NCBI GenBank assembly: GCA_964016885.1
Contig: OZ024763.1
Span: 1,302,001-1,366,000 of the forward strand
Source: Eledone cirrhosa
Taxonomy: Eukaryota
DNA: 64,000 nt
Reading direction: 5' to 3'
This document shows, in pieces, positions 28,384 through 41,269 of this stretch; position 1 is the stretch's first letter, and each line of letters begins with the position of its first letter. Below the pieces are notes generated by a model, which saw only the letters and a program-made list of their open reading frames with translations, was not told where the DNA came from and made no database searches. A program made the translations under genes and the position numbers.

Positions 28384-29587
28384 AAATGAAACAAGGCTTA
28401 AATCACTGCTGAAACCTGTGATGATAATGATAATAATTGTTTCTACTTTTGGCACAAGGCCTGCCTTTATCCCAGTGCATTACTGGTACTTTATTTTATC
28501 GACCCCCCCCCCCCCCCCCCCCCCGTAAGGATGAAAAGCAAAGCTAACCTCAGGGATTTGAACTCAGATCGTAAAGGACTCCGAATCCACTGATAATAAT
28601 ATTACAGGATTCCCCCTGTCACCTATTATAAAACAACCATAACAACAACAATAATAATAATACACTTTACCCCGTCACTCACAAACAAGCCATGGGTCAC
28701 CTAAAGTTACAGGGGTGGGGGAGTGTAAGGATAACTAGATACTTGACACTTTGCCTTAAAATGTCACAAAGTGGGTTTGAACTGAAAACCTTATGATAAG
28801 AGATGTGATCTATTAACAAACCATTCAAACATACTGTATCTTTATCTTTTAACCCTTTAGCATTTAAACCAGTCATATCTGGCCAGAATTCTCTCACTTC
28901 TTTCTGTTCAAACTGGCTGTAACTGGCTATTCTTGTATATGTTAAGGTATTGTTCTCAAAATAATTTATATCAAAATCTCGTAGATTTATTACCGTGAAA
29001 ATATAATAGTAAATATAGAGTAATGTAAATGCTAAAAGGTTAAGATTAAAGGGTTGAACTGAGAACCTTATGATAAGTAAGGGAACTTATTTAATTCTTT
29101 AGCATTTAAACTGGCCATATCTGGCCCGAATTCTCAAACCTGTTCAAACTGGCTGCTCATACTGATGTTAAGATATTGTCCTCAAAATAAATATCAAAAT
29201 CTTATACATTCCATATTATCATGTTAGATAAAGCCTTTACCACAAAATACAATAATATATATTGAGTAATGTAAATGCTAAAGGGTTAAAATGTTACAAA
29301 GTGGGCTGGAACTGAGGACCTTATGCTGAGAGATGTGAACTTATTTAAACTATTCAAACATGCTGTATCTTTATCTTTTAAACTGTTTAACACAGGAAAC
29401 TGTACATCAGAGGAGTTGCTGTTTTGTTTTCTCAGGATGTCAACACTTGGTTTTAGAAAAGAATGAAAAAAAAAACCCTGCAAAATAAAATAAAACATGG
29501 CGTTCTTCTGCTTAACAACAACAATATTTAATAGTTAATAATTTTAGCAGAGGTTAAAACAGATGTTAGCAATTACTCTTCTAAATA

Positions 29588-30395
29588 GATGGTTAGCTTT
29601 TGGATGGTTTGTTGGTTAGCTAGATGGTTAGTTGGTTGGTTGGTTGGATGGTTAGACGGTTGGTTGGATGGTTGGTTGGTGAGATGGTTAGTTATCTGGC
29701 TGGTTTGTTGGTTTGTTGGTTGGATGGATAGTTTGTTGGTTGGTTGGATGGTTAGTTGGTTGGCTGGTTGGATGGTTAGACGGTTGGTTGGATGGTTGGT
29801 TGGTGAGCTGGTTTGTTGGTTGGTTGGATGGATAGTTTGTTGGTTGGTTGGATGGTTAGACGGTTGGTTGGTGAGATGGTTAGTTATCTGGCTGGTTTGT
29901 TGGTTTGTTGGTTGGATGGATAGTTTGTTGGTTGGTTGGATGGTTAGTTGGTTGGCTGGTTGGATGGTTAGACGGTTGGTTGGATGGTTGGTTGGTGAGC
30001 TGGTTTGTTGGTTGGTTGGATGGATAGTTTGTTGGTTGGTTGGATGGTTAGACGGTTGGTTGGTGAGATGGTTAGTTATCTGGCTGGTTTGTTGGTTGGT
30101 TGGATGGATAGTTTGTTGGTTGGTTGGATAGTTAGTCGGTTGGTTGGATGGTTAGTTGGTTGGCTGGTTGGTTGGATGGTTAGTTGGTTGGCTGGTTGGT
30201 TGGATGGTTAGTTGGTTGGCTGGTTGGTTGGATGGTTAGTTGGGTGGGTGGTTAGTTGGTTGGCTGGTTGGTTAGTTGGATAGTTAGTCGGTTAGTTGGT
30301 TGGCTGGTTGGTTGGATGGTTAGTTGGGTGGGTGGTTAGTTGGTTGGCTGGTTGGTTAGTTGGATAGTTAGTCGGTTGGTTGGATGGTTAGCTGG
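29588..30395. repeat. (GGTT/GGAT)n complex microsatellite with a 192-bp higher-order period
   Basis: Marker gagatggttagttatctggc at 29681, 29873 and 30065. Confidence 0.9.
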
Positions 30396-30732
30396 TGTGG
30401 GAGTTGTTTTTAAGAAACAGTTGCTTTGAAATTAATAACAACACTTGTTTTAACCCTAGTGGAATTAACAGGAACTAATCACCTTTATAGAAAAAAAACA
30501 ACACAGTCCACACACACACACACACAGTCTCACACACATACAGACACACACACACATAAATGAGTAATCTTTGTTGTGATGACAACCAAATGGTGGATGT
30601 ATTTATTGTTTATATTGCCTTAATATTGTTATCCTGAAGACAAGAAGACACGGGGTGTGTATGTGTGTGTGGATATATATATATATATATGTGTGTGTGT
30701 GGATATATATATACACACACACACATATATAT

Positions 30733-30774
<42 letters not shown>

Positions 30775-31568
30775 CCCCATTTGTAAGTTGGAAAAATTTG
30801 TGTTGTATATACACAGTTAAATGTACAGCTGTGAGAACTTGGAGTGGTGGTGGTGGTGGTGGTGGTGGTGGTGGTGGTGGTGGTAGTGGTGGTGGTGGTG
30901 GTGGTGGTAGTAGTGGTGGGTGGTGGTGGTGGTGGTGGTGCTAGTGGTGGTGGTGGTAGTGGTAGTAGTAGTAGTGGTGGTGGTGGTGGTGGTAGTGGTG
31001 GTGGTGGTGGTAGTGGTGGGTGGTGGTGGTAGTACTAGTAATGGTGGGTGGTGCTGTGATGGTGGTAGTAGTGGTGATGGTGATGGTAGTGGTGGTGGTG
31101 GTGATGGTGATGGTAGTGGTGGTGGTGATAGTGGTGGTGGGTAGTAATGATAGGAGTAACGATGTAGTTTACATTGTTATTCGTGTCTGCTTGTCTCTTT
31201 GAGCAACAAACTTGAAGTGGTTTAGTGAATTACTGGTGGTGCTACCAGCACAAGCACTCTACGCACAGGCAGAGTGTATATATCAGAAAAATCCTTTGTA
31301 AAACACGCGGAACACATTGATACACAATAAAAAATCTAATACATGTAAACGAAACTTCCTCATTGTTTCTAATTCATATATATACAGACAGAGAGAGAGA
31401 GAGAGAGAGAGAGTGAGAGAGAGAGAGAGAGCTGCTTTCTATCAAAGTAAAATAGTAATTCAATATTTATTAACCTGTTCGTGAAAGCTTAGCTACCAAA
31501 CTGAAGAACTTATTAGCATCTTCTTGAATAATTAATTTCCTCTGAACTAACTTATATTTCTACACACA

Positions 31569-31615
<47 letters not shown>

Positions 31616-32241
31616 TCTCCCTCTTTTTCTCTATTTCTCTCTCTCTATCTCTCTTTTCCCTATCTTTCCTTTGCTCTTTCTCAATCTGTACTTATACACC
31701 TTTCTCTCTCCCTCCCTGTACTCATATACACCTATCTGTCCCCCCCCCCCCTATCTCCCTCCGTATCTCCCCCCTATCTCCCTCCGTATCTCCCCCCTAT
31801 CTCCCTCCGTATCTCCCCCCCCCTCTCTCTACTTATATACCTTTTCTCTATACATCTTCCCCTCTGTACCTATATACTTTTCTCTCTCTCTTTGTATTTA
31901 TCCACCTCCCTCTCTCTCTACCTCTACCTACATACCTCTCCCTCTCTCTCTCTCTACCTACATACCTCTCGCTCTCTCTCTACCCCTATCTCTCCCTCTC
32001 TCTATATACCTATATCTCTCATTACTCTCTTCAATAACATTTCCCTTTGAAAGTCCCTATTTGTCCCCACCCACCACCCTTTAATACATAATATACTTCC
32101 ATCCTGTTCTCTTCATCTCATTTCTCTTAATTAACCAACAACTAATTAATTAATTGTCTGATAAATTCTTTTCGGAAATCTCAATTTTTATTTCCTTCTC
32201 ATTGATTTCTGCTGTTTTTGTTATCACTTAGATGAAAGGAG

Positions 32242-32863
32242 CAGTGTCAACGACCCTTGTCAGGGAGGGATAGAGGGTGGGGCAGTGTCAACGACCCTTG
32301 TCAGGGAGGGGCAGTCAGTGACCCTTGTCTGGGAGGGATAGAGGGTGGGGCAGTGTCAGTTTCTTGTCAGGGAGGGATAGAGGGTGGGGCAGTGTCAGTG
32401 ACCCTTGTCTGGTAGGGGCAGAATCAGTGACCCTTGTCAGGGAGGGATAGAGGGTGGGGCAGAGTCAGTGACCCTTGTCTAGCAGGGATAGAGAGTGGGG
32501 CAGTGTCAACGACTCTTGTCAGGGAGGTGCAAAGTCAGTGACCCTTGTCTGGGAGGGATAGAGGGTGGGGCAGTGTCAGGGAGGGATAGAGGGTGAGGCA
32601 GTGTCAGTGACCCTTGTCAGGGAGGGATAGAGGGTGGGGCAGTGTCAGTTTCTTGTCAGGGAGGGATAGAGGGTGGGGCAGTGTCAGTGACCCTTGTCAG
32701 GGAGGGATAGAGGGTGGGGCAGTGTCAGTGACCCTTGTCAAGGAGGATAGAGGGTGGGGCAGTGTCAGTGACCCTTGTCAGGGAGGATAGAGGGTGGGGC
32801 AGTGTCAGTGACCCTTGTCAGGGAGGATAGAGGGTGGGGCAGTGTCAGTGACCCTTGTCAGGG
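32242..32863 (+). repeat. 40-41-bp G-rich minisatellite
   Basis: Unit agtgtcagtgacccttgtcagggagggatagagggtggggc; about 16 variable copies. Confidence 0.93.
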
Positions 32864-33007
32864 TTTACAACACTTGTGGATGAGAAAGTTCTGGTTTCCG
32901 CAAGACTTGTGGTAGAGGGGGAAGGGCAGGTTCGGTGACCCATATCAGGGTCTCCAAGACTGGTAGGAGAGATAGGGTTTGGCATCTTCCTGCAACTCTG
33001 CCCAGAG

Positions 33008-33680
33008 TTTTGGTCTCACTGGAGACGAAGGCTTGATACCTGGGGCTTTGGTCTCACTGGAGTCGAAGGCTTGATACCTGGGGCTTTGGTCTCACTGGAA
33101 TCGAAGGCTTGATACCTGGGTCTTTGGTCTCACTGGAATCGAAGGCTTGATACCTGGGTCTTTGGTCTCACTGGAGTCGAAGGCTTGATACCTGGGTCTT
33201 TGGTCTCACTGGAGTCGAAGGCTTGATACCTGGGGCTTTGGTCTCACTGGAGTCGAAGGCTTGATACCTGGGTCTTTGGTCTCACTGGAATCGAAGGCTT
33301 GATACCTGGGTCTTTGGTCTCACTGGAGTCGAAGGCTTGATACCTGGGTCTTTGGTCTCACTGGAGACGAAGGCTTGATACCTGGGTCTTTGGTCTCACT
33401 GGAATCGAAGGCTTGATACCTGGGTCTTTGGTCTCACTGGAATCGAAGGCTTGATACCTGGGTCTTTGGTCTCACTGGAGTCGAAGGCTTGATACCTGGG
33501 TCTTTGGTCTCACTGGAATCGAAGGCTTGATACCTGGGTCTTTGGTCTCACTGGAATCGAAGGCTTGATACCTGGGGCTTTGGTCTCACTGGAGTCGAAG
33601 GCTTGATACCTGGGTCTTTGGTCTCACTGGAATCGAAGGCTTGATACCTGGGGCTTTGGTCTGTGTGGAGTCAAAGGCTT
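33008..33680. repeat. 38-bp minisatellite
   Basis: Unit tttggtctcactggagtcgaaggcttgatacctgggtc; about 17 copies, decaying to ~33910. Confidence 0.95.
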
Positions 33681-35276
33681 GAGCCTTGATCTGTCTGGAG
33701 TCCAGATCTTGATACCTGGAGCCTTGATCTGTCTGGAATCCAGGGTTTGATACCTGGAGCCTCATTCTGTCTGTAATCTACGTCAGATTCCTGACTCCTT
33801 GGTTTGACTGAAGTCTAGGCTTTGTGCCTGGAGCCTTAGGCGTCTGGAACCTCTACATCGGACGCCTGGGACCTCTGTCTGGAGTCTCAGGCTTTATGCC
33901 TGGAGCCTAGTTCTGATGCCCCCCCGGAGTACAAAGAACACAGCAAAGCACTGTGAACCATGTGACACACAAGACAGACTTGTGAGGTTATTACAATCAT
34001 TTGAGAAATAGGAGTGGAACTGATAGCCGACATAATTGGCAGTGAGTACAGCCGGATGATAAACTAAAACTAAACTATATGAGTGTGTTTGATTCTTATT
34101 GAGTGCCTGCTTCACCTCCAGCACCACCACCCAACCACCACCACATCCTCCTGACTTCTTCCTTCTCCACCTCCTCTTCTACTTACTATTTCCTGTAGTT
34201 TATATGTACACAGGTTTTAATGTCACTAAATAATATATTCTTTCAACATTCCTGACTTATTAATAATTTAATTGTGCGGAATATTTTATTGTGAGAAAAT
34301 GTTAATATGCTTAATACATACAAACAATGGCTTCTCTTTTGTTGGTGGAAAGTATTTCATTTACTGCCGAGTGAAATATAGTAGTTTATTTCAGCAGTGC
34401 ACTTCTTCTTAGTCTATACATGCATCATCATCATCATCATCATCATCATCAACGTTTAACGTCCGTGTTCCACGCTTGCATGGGTTTGGACGGGGGTAGT
34501 CCCACTTGAGGCAAGAGTGACTGTCTTGCTCGCATAGGACTGTCTGGCAGGTTTTCTACAGTTGGATGCCCTTCCTAACACCAACCACGTTTACAGTTGT
34601 GGGTCTGGGAGGTTTTTACCGTGTTGCCTACACGGCCACATTACAGCGTGGACTGTGTGTTTTTTTGTCGTGACACCTACACGATCTCATTTGTTTCGGC
34701 CTGGATGGTGTGGCACCAACATAACTTTACATAGAACGGGGCGGTGTGGATGGGGTGGGGTGGGGGGGGGGTGTATTTTGTTAGAGATGCCTACTGGCTG
34801 TAGATATATATATATATATATATATATATAAAGAATTAGTATATCTACCAACATATATATACAGATGCATACCTATGCTAGCAAATATATAGGTTTTGTC
34901 TTAGTAACTTTGTGGTTCAATGCAAGGGGATGCAGAACAATTAAATGAAAGACGTAAAATAAGCATAAAATAAGACGTAAAATAAGCGATTCTTTGCTTA
35001 AACTAATTAGTTGGAGTGAAATTTTAGTAAGTAAGTTAATTTTTATAATTTTCTTATTTTATGTCTTTCATATATATATATATATATGACCAAAGATTAA
35101 TATGGGTCATTGATTACTCAATGAATATAGTTTTACAATAGATTAAAAGCACTCTACAAAGAAGTTTTCTGGAGTTATTAATATTTTGAATAATATATAT
35201 ATATATAATCAAGGTTTAGCAAATAAGAAAAAGTTTTAAAATAAATTTTAAAAAGTTCACTGTACCTGCTGTAATT

Positions 35277-35360
35277 ACCCTTACCGCGCGGTTTCAAGTC
35301 TCAAAATAAATGGATAATCCATGCGGAAATCCATTGAGAAGAAGACTTTCGTCAGAGGGT
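35277..35360 (-). ncRNA. Intact type-I hammerhead ribozyme
   Basis: Minus strand accct CTGACGA aagtc...gactt GAAA ccgcgcgg TA agggt. All core nucleotides canonical; helices I-III close; GUA cleavage triplet. Confidence 0.85.
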
Positions 35361-35956
35361 TTTTCTCACTCGGAGAATATGAAATTCCCGAGTCCAAATC
35401 ACGAACTGGCGCCATACAGAACTGTTCCCGAGATGAGAGTGTATGATGAAGAAACAATTTTGTCTAGTGCCTATATTTATATATATTTTCTTTTGGGAGA
35501 AACAGAGAACTGTGTGGTTACTTGATAAAGTGTATTTAAAAATAAAAGGAAAGCACAGAGCGGGGGACAATCATATATATATATAATATAATAATAATAA
35601 TAAATGTGAAGACTAAAATCCGAAGAGGGTTCCATAAGGATAATATATATATAAAAATATATAAAACCATAGAGGGTGAAAGCAGCGATTCTTTGCTTAA
35701 GCTTTAATCTGTTTGTTATCTTAATAATAAATATATATATATATATATATCGTCATTTTATGTCACCTTTACCTTGCTTGCAAGGGTTGGACATATATCA
35801 TCATAATCATCATCGATTAACGTCTATCTTTCACGCTAGCATGGGTTAGACGGGTCACATTTAGAGGCAAGTTGTGTTGGGTGACCGTGTCTCGCTAATA
35901 TAGGTCTGTTACTGACTGGTTTTCTATGGCTGGATGACCTTCCTAACACCAACTCT

Positions 35957-36300
35957 TTGACAGTGTGGGCTGGGTGCTTTTTGTTGTGTCTTTCACACGT
36001 CCACTTTACAGTGTGGGCTGGGTGCTTTTTGTTGTGTCTTTTACACGGCCACTTTACAGTGTGGGCTGGGAGCTCTTTGTTGTGTCTTTTACACGTCCAC
36101 TTTACAGTGTGGGCTGGGAGCTCTTTGTTGTGTCTTTAACACGGCCACTTTACAGTGTGGGCTGGGAGCTCTTTGTTGTGTCTTTTACACGTCCACTTTA
36201 CAGTGTGGGCTGGGAGCTCTTTGTTGTGTCTTTTACACGTCCACTTTACAGTGTGGGCTGGGTTCTTTTTGCTGTGTCTTTTACACGTCCACTTTACAGG
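35957..36300. repeat. 48-bp tandem array inside a SINE-like family D copy
   Basis: ccacttt marker at 36001, 36049, 36097 and onward. Confidence 0.9.
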
Positions 36301-36856
36301 CTGGACTGGGTGCTGTTTGTTATGGCACCAGCACTACCACTTTTCAGGGTGGACTGGGTGCTGTTTGTTATGGCACCAGCACTCTCACTTTACAGGCTGG
36401 ACTGGGGGCTGTTTGTTATGGCACCAGCAGTAAAACTTTTCAGGGTGGACTGGGTGTTTTCTGTCATCACACAAACTCTATTGTGTATATATTAGCAGTC
36501 TGTTGTCACGTTAAACTATAGTTTGGGACTGTAACACAGACTATATTGTATATATAACAACAGTGTGTTGAGACATATCTAATTATAGTTTGGGGCTGTA
36601 ACACAGACTATATATATTATGTTTACATATAAAGATGAGAAAACTCATTGCTAGAACAGCTGTTAAAACATCTAAATGTTTTCTCATTTTTATATATATT
36701 CAAATACACTCTTGCTTCGTCTCAATCAGAGACAACACTGTTTTAACAGACTATATTGTATATATAACTGTGTATTGTGACATATCAAACTATAGTTTGG
36801 TCTTGTGACACAGACTCTCATCATCACCATTATCATGATAGTCTGTGTTACAATAT

Positions 36857-36921
<65 letters not shown>

Positions 36922-37664
36922 AACAACAAACAGCGAAGGACGCGTTCTGCACTTGTGCGACAGACAACCTTTTCCCCCACCCCGAAAAAAAACCCCCAGT
37001 TTATGGATGTGAATCCGAAATGGGACTATTAAATCTCTCCCAAGGTAACTCTCTCTTGTGTTGTTATTTTTATTCTATCCTTTATACTCTTCCCTTCATT
37101 CTACACATCTCACACATCTTATACACACACCACGCATCTCAACGTACACCCACTTACATCTCTCTCTCTCCACCACCGGACCTTGTTACCCGGAGATTTA
37201 CCCATTTGCATTGTCGAGGCTTCCAAACGACTTAAAGATATTTACTTATTGTTCCACTATGCTTCAAGCAAACTTCAATACTCTCATATATATATATATA
37301 TATTAGAAAGTGAGGTTTTTTTTACAAAATGAAAAATAACCGAGGTGTCCTACACGAGTGAAAGTATAAAGAAAAAAAGATGAAATCGAAAATGCAACTG
37401 GAGTCTTATTTAAAAAAATATATATATATTTATTTGGTTCCTTTACCGATTTCGCAGTTCTTCTGCTTTTCAAAAGTAGAGTTGAGATGGAGGGTCTGTG
37501 GGTTTTCTCACATTTGGTTGGTCTCTCTATATATATATATAAGTATTAAGTTGTTAAACAATATTCGATGATTACGTCAAAGAATGAGTTTTACAGTAGA
37601 TTGGAAGCACTGACTACCTTGATTAAATCTTAACCATTTAACATCTCAGGGTATGTCATGTATC

Positions 37665-37727
37665 ATTATATTTTGTCTGATGAGGACGTACTGTTGTACA
37701 TCCGAAATATGTATAATAAAATGTAAT
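37665..37727 (+). ncRNA. Minimal type-I hammerhead ribozyme on the gene's sense strand
   Basis: attatattttgt CTGATGA ggacgtac-tgtt-gtacatcc GAAA tatgta TA ataaaatgtaat. 12-bp helix I; 8-bp helix II with one mismatch. Confidence 0.78.
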
Positions 37728-37837
37728 TGATCAAAAGAACATCTATTTTATTAATACTTATATTTTAATATATATATAGAGCAGTGTTTTGTGTCGTGTT
37801 GAACTGTAGTTTAAATATTATATTGTTCTCATTGCAG

Positions 37838-37976
37838 GGTGAACTGGTTGAGTACTACTATTTCTGGAAGAAAACTCCAGCTGGCATTACGGCCCGGCCT
37901 CACCGAAGACATCGTAGGCAGAGTGGTTTGAAAAGGCAGACGACCAGATCTCAAAGACCACCATCCAGTGAATTTT
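37838..37976 (+). CDS. RERE: Atrophin/RERE-family protein, internal exon A (end of SANT domain + basic region)
   Basis: ttgcag| acceptor and |gtaaga donor. Encodes GELVEYYYFWKKTPAGITARPHRRHRRQSGLKRQTTRSQRPPSSEF+1 nt, matching the remembered RERE segment GELITFYYYWKKTP...HRRHRRQ...RPPSSEF. 139 nt, ends phase 1. Confidence 0.95.
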
Positions 37977-38855
37977 GTAAGATATCCACTTGATTGTCTA
38001 TGTAGATTTAATTTTTTAAATTGTTTTAAATTTTTTTAATTTTTAAAAAATTTTTTTAATAAAAAAAATAAAATAAAAAAAAAAACTATTATTAACCCTT
38101 AAATAGGGCAGTGTAATGGAAGTAATCGGTAGAGCGTCTGACAACATGCTTGATGGCATATAGTTACGGCCCTTTATGTTCTGAGTTCAAATCCCGCCGA
38201 GGTTAGCTTTGCCTTTCATCCTTACGGGGTCGATAAAATAAAGTTTCTTTAAATATTTTTTTTTTTTACTATCACTAACCCTTAAATAGAGCGGTGGATT
38301 GGCAGTAATCGGTAGAGCGTCGGACAACATGCTTTGCGACATACAGTTAAGGCCCTTTGTTTTCTGAGTTTAAACCCCGCCGGGGTTAGCTTTGCCTTTC
38401 ATCCTTATGGGGTCGATAAAATAAAGTACCAGTAATGCACTGGGGTTGATTTAATCAATTTTCCTCTAGAAACACCATATTTCTATATGGTGTCCCTACG
38501 ACTCCTTTAGAAGTTACAGGACTAAATATACAAACACTAAAATAAACAGCTTAGTATCGTAGAACAAGTCTCAGTTTGGTATCAGAACGGTTAAGCCAGT
38601 ATATGGAACATAACTTAACAAAGGTACCATGGGTAGTTTTAGGTGGTTTGGTATCTATCAAGAATGTTACAATAAGATATTACAAAGCTTGTGGGTCTAT
38701 ACGAAATAGTACAGTATTACTATTACTGTTGGAGATTATTTGTATGGTAAAAAAATAATTCTACTTTTAAAATTGAAATTTTGCTAGATTAAATTTAAGA
38801 AAAAAAAATCCTGTAACAAGGTAGATGGCACCATCCATCACCTTTAAGCTTTTAC

Positions 38856-39910
38856 CATTTACATTACTCTCTATATACTATTGTATTTTCACAGTAAAGG
38901 CTTTACCTCACATACCATTTACATTACTCTATATATACTATTGTATTTTCACAGTAAAGGCTTTACCTCACATACCATTTACATTACTCTATATATACTA
39001 TTGTATTTTCACAGTAAAGGCTTTACCTCACATACCATTTACATTACTCTATATATACTATTGTATTTTCACAGTAAAGGCTTTACCTCACATACCATTT
39101 ACATTACTCTATATATACTATTGTATTTTCACAGTAAAGGCTTTACCTCACATACCATTTACATTACTCTATATATACTATTGTATTTTCACAGTAAAGG
39201 CTTTACCTCACATACCATTTACATTACTCTCTATATACTATTGTATTTTCACAGTAAAGGCTTTACCTCACATACCATTTACATTACTCTATATATACTA
39301 TTGTATTTTCACAGTAAAGGCTTTACCTCACATACCATTTACATTACTCTATATATACTATTGTATTTTCACAGTAAAGGCTTTACCTCACATACCATTT
39401 ACATTACTCTATATATACTATTGTATTTTCACAGTAAAGGCTTTACCTCACATACCATTTACATTACTCTATATATACTATTGTATTTTCACAGTAAAGG
39501 CTTTACCTCACATACCATTTACATTACTCTCTATATACTATTGTAATTTCACAGTAAAGGCTTTACCTCACATACCATTTACATTACTCTATATATACTA
39601 TTGTATTTTCACAGTAAAGTCTTTACCTCACATAATATCTCACATAACATTTACATTACTCTATATATACTATTGTAATTTCACAGTAAAGGCTTTACCT
39701 CACATAATATCTCACATAACATTTACATTACTCTATATATTCTATTGTAATTTCACAGTAAAGGCTTTACCTCACATAACATTTACATTACTCTATATTT
39801 ACTATTGTATTTTCACAGTAAAGGCTTTATCTCACATAATATCTCACATAACATTTACATTACTCAATATATACCATTATATTTTCACAGTGAAGGCTTT
39901 ACCTTACATA
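38856..39910 (+). repeat. 60/72-bp tandem array inside a piggyBac-type MITE; reverse complement of the 20988-22510 array
   Basis: Exact 60-bp periodicity 38881-39600; continues into the MITE body ending taaaggg|TTAA at 40047. Confidence 0.95.
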
Positions 39911-40260
39911 ATATTGAATCTATGAGATTTTGATAATATTTATTTTGAGAACAATACTTTAATATCAATATAAGTGGCCAGTTACGGCTGGTTTGAGAAG
40001 AGGTGAGAGAATTCTGGCTGGATATGGCCGATTTAAATGCTAAAGGGTTAAAATTCATAGCTAAAGGCATTCAATGTTTATTCGTAATAAAATAAAGTAC
40101 CAGTAATGCACTGGTGTCAATTTAATCGACTTTCCCCTGCCTTCAAAACATTGTTGACTTTGTGCCTAATCCTTACAGAGTCGATAAAATAAAGTACCAG
40201 TAATGTACTGAGATAATTGCTGGCCTTGTGCTAAAAGTAGAAACAATTATTATTATTATT

Positions 40261-40727
40261 ACAGTTGCATTTATCTTGCTTTATGTTCATACGAGTTATC
40301 ACCAAGTCACAACCAGTGACCCCCAAGAGACAACAAGGTCCGCCATGTTCAAGAAAGAACATACATACTCACACATGCATCTTTAGGTGTTTAGACTTGT
40401 GATGTACTTATATTGACAGAACCTTCCTTAGTATATGGGCAGTTCCCATTAGTACTATCTTTTGTATTTCTCCTATACGCGGGTTTCCTGGGATTTGCGA
40501 TAAGTAATCATTAGACCCCTTAGGTATCATTCCTAGAGCGCCTACAACCACTGGTATTGTTTTAGTTCTCAATTTCCACATTTTTCCAATTTCGATCTCC
40601 AGGTCCTTATACTTGCTCAATTTTTCAAATGTTTTTATAGATACATTCTTGCCTACAGGCATACTATCTGTTTAAAGTCCTTCAGTATTATATCAGGTCT
40701 ATTTGCATCTATTTTTCGGTCTGTTTA
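40261..40727 (-). mobile_element. R4/Dong-like (restriction-like endonuclease) non-LTR retrotransposon 3' fragment
   Basis: TDRKIDANRPDII...EKLSKYKDL..EI..MWK...IPVVVGALG...IQKIVLMGTAHILRKVL. 3' end abuts (TAA)n on the minus strand. Confidence 0.8.
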
Positions 40728-41225
40728 GATGCTAAAGTTATTATTATTGGTGGCCATGGCGAAAGAGATAGTATGGTGGACACGTTTGAAAGAGCTGAAG
40801 ACGAGCACTTACCTCTTCGGTGATGCTCTGATTGACTTTTTCAAATTTCATTTGAAAAGGAAAATCAGAGTAGAGAGGGAAGTGCTCTTTTCCCAGCATT
40901 TTGTTGAAAGATGGGTGAGAGAAGCAAGAATGGTCCGAGTGAATGGGCCTACTCTGAGTATATATCTGTAAATTAAAGGTGGAAAACTGGGAGAGGGCAC
41001 TTGCCTTGGTGGTCAGGGTCATTGTGGCCTTTTACTGGGCTTTCTCCACAAATGTCCCTCCGAAGTCTCCCCCCCCCCCTATTGGGGAATTTTTCATTGT
41101 TATTTTTTGTTACATCCTCTGTTTTTGTTTTTACACGCAGAAATGCCCATTTGTACCGTTCTGTATTGTCCTGCACTGTCCTTAATGTCTACTTTATGTA
41201 AACCCTTGTGGTTAATAAAGAAATC
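40728..41225 (+). mobile_element. Tx1/L1-like LINE 3' fragment
   Basis: LLVAMAKEIVWWTR...F.ERW motif, then a 3' UTR ending aataaagaaatc. Confidence 0.65.
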
Positions 41226-41269
41226 ATTATTATTATTATAATTATTATTATTATATGTTGCTGTTCCAG

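Noticed and set aside
33008-33680. CRISPR-like 38-bp repeats
   Set aside because: Head-to-tail repeats with no unique spacers, no cas genes, and a eukaryotic intron context.
35310-35525. 71-aa non-repetitive ORF as a possible exon
   Set aside because: No RERE similarity or convincing splice sites; overlaps the antisense hammerhead element.
38466-38830. Unique AT-rich segment with a small hairpin and tgtaacaaggta (SSU rRNA 3'-like; possible NUMT)
   Set aside because: The match is only about 11 nt with no other rRNA landmarks; unassignable without a search.
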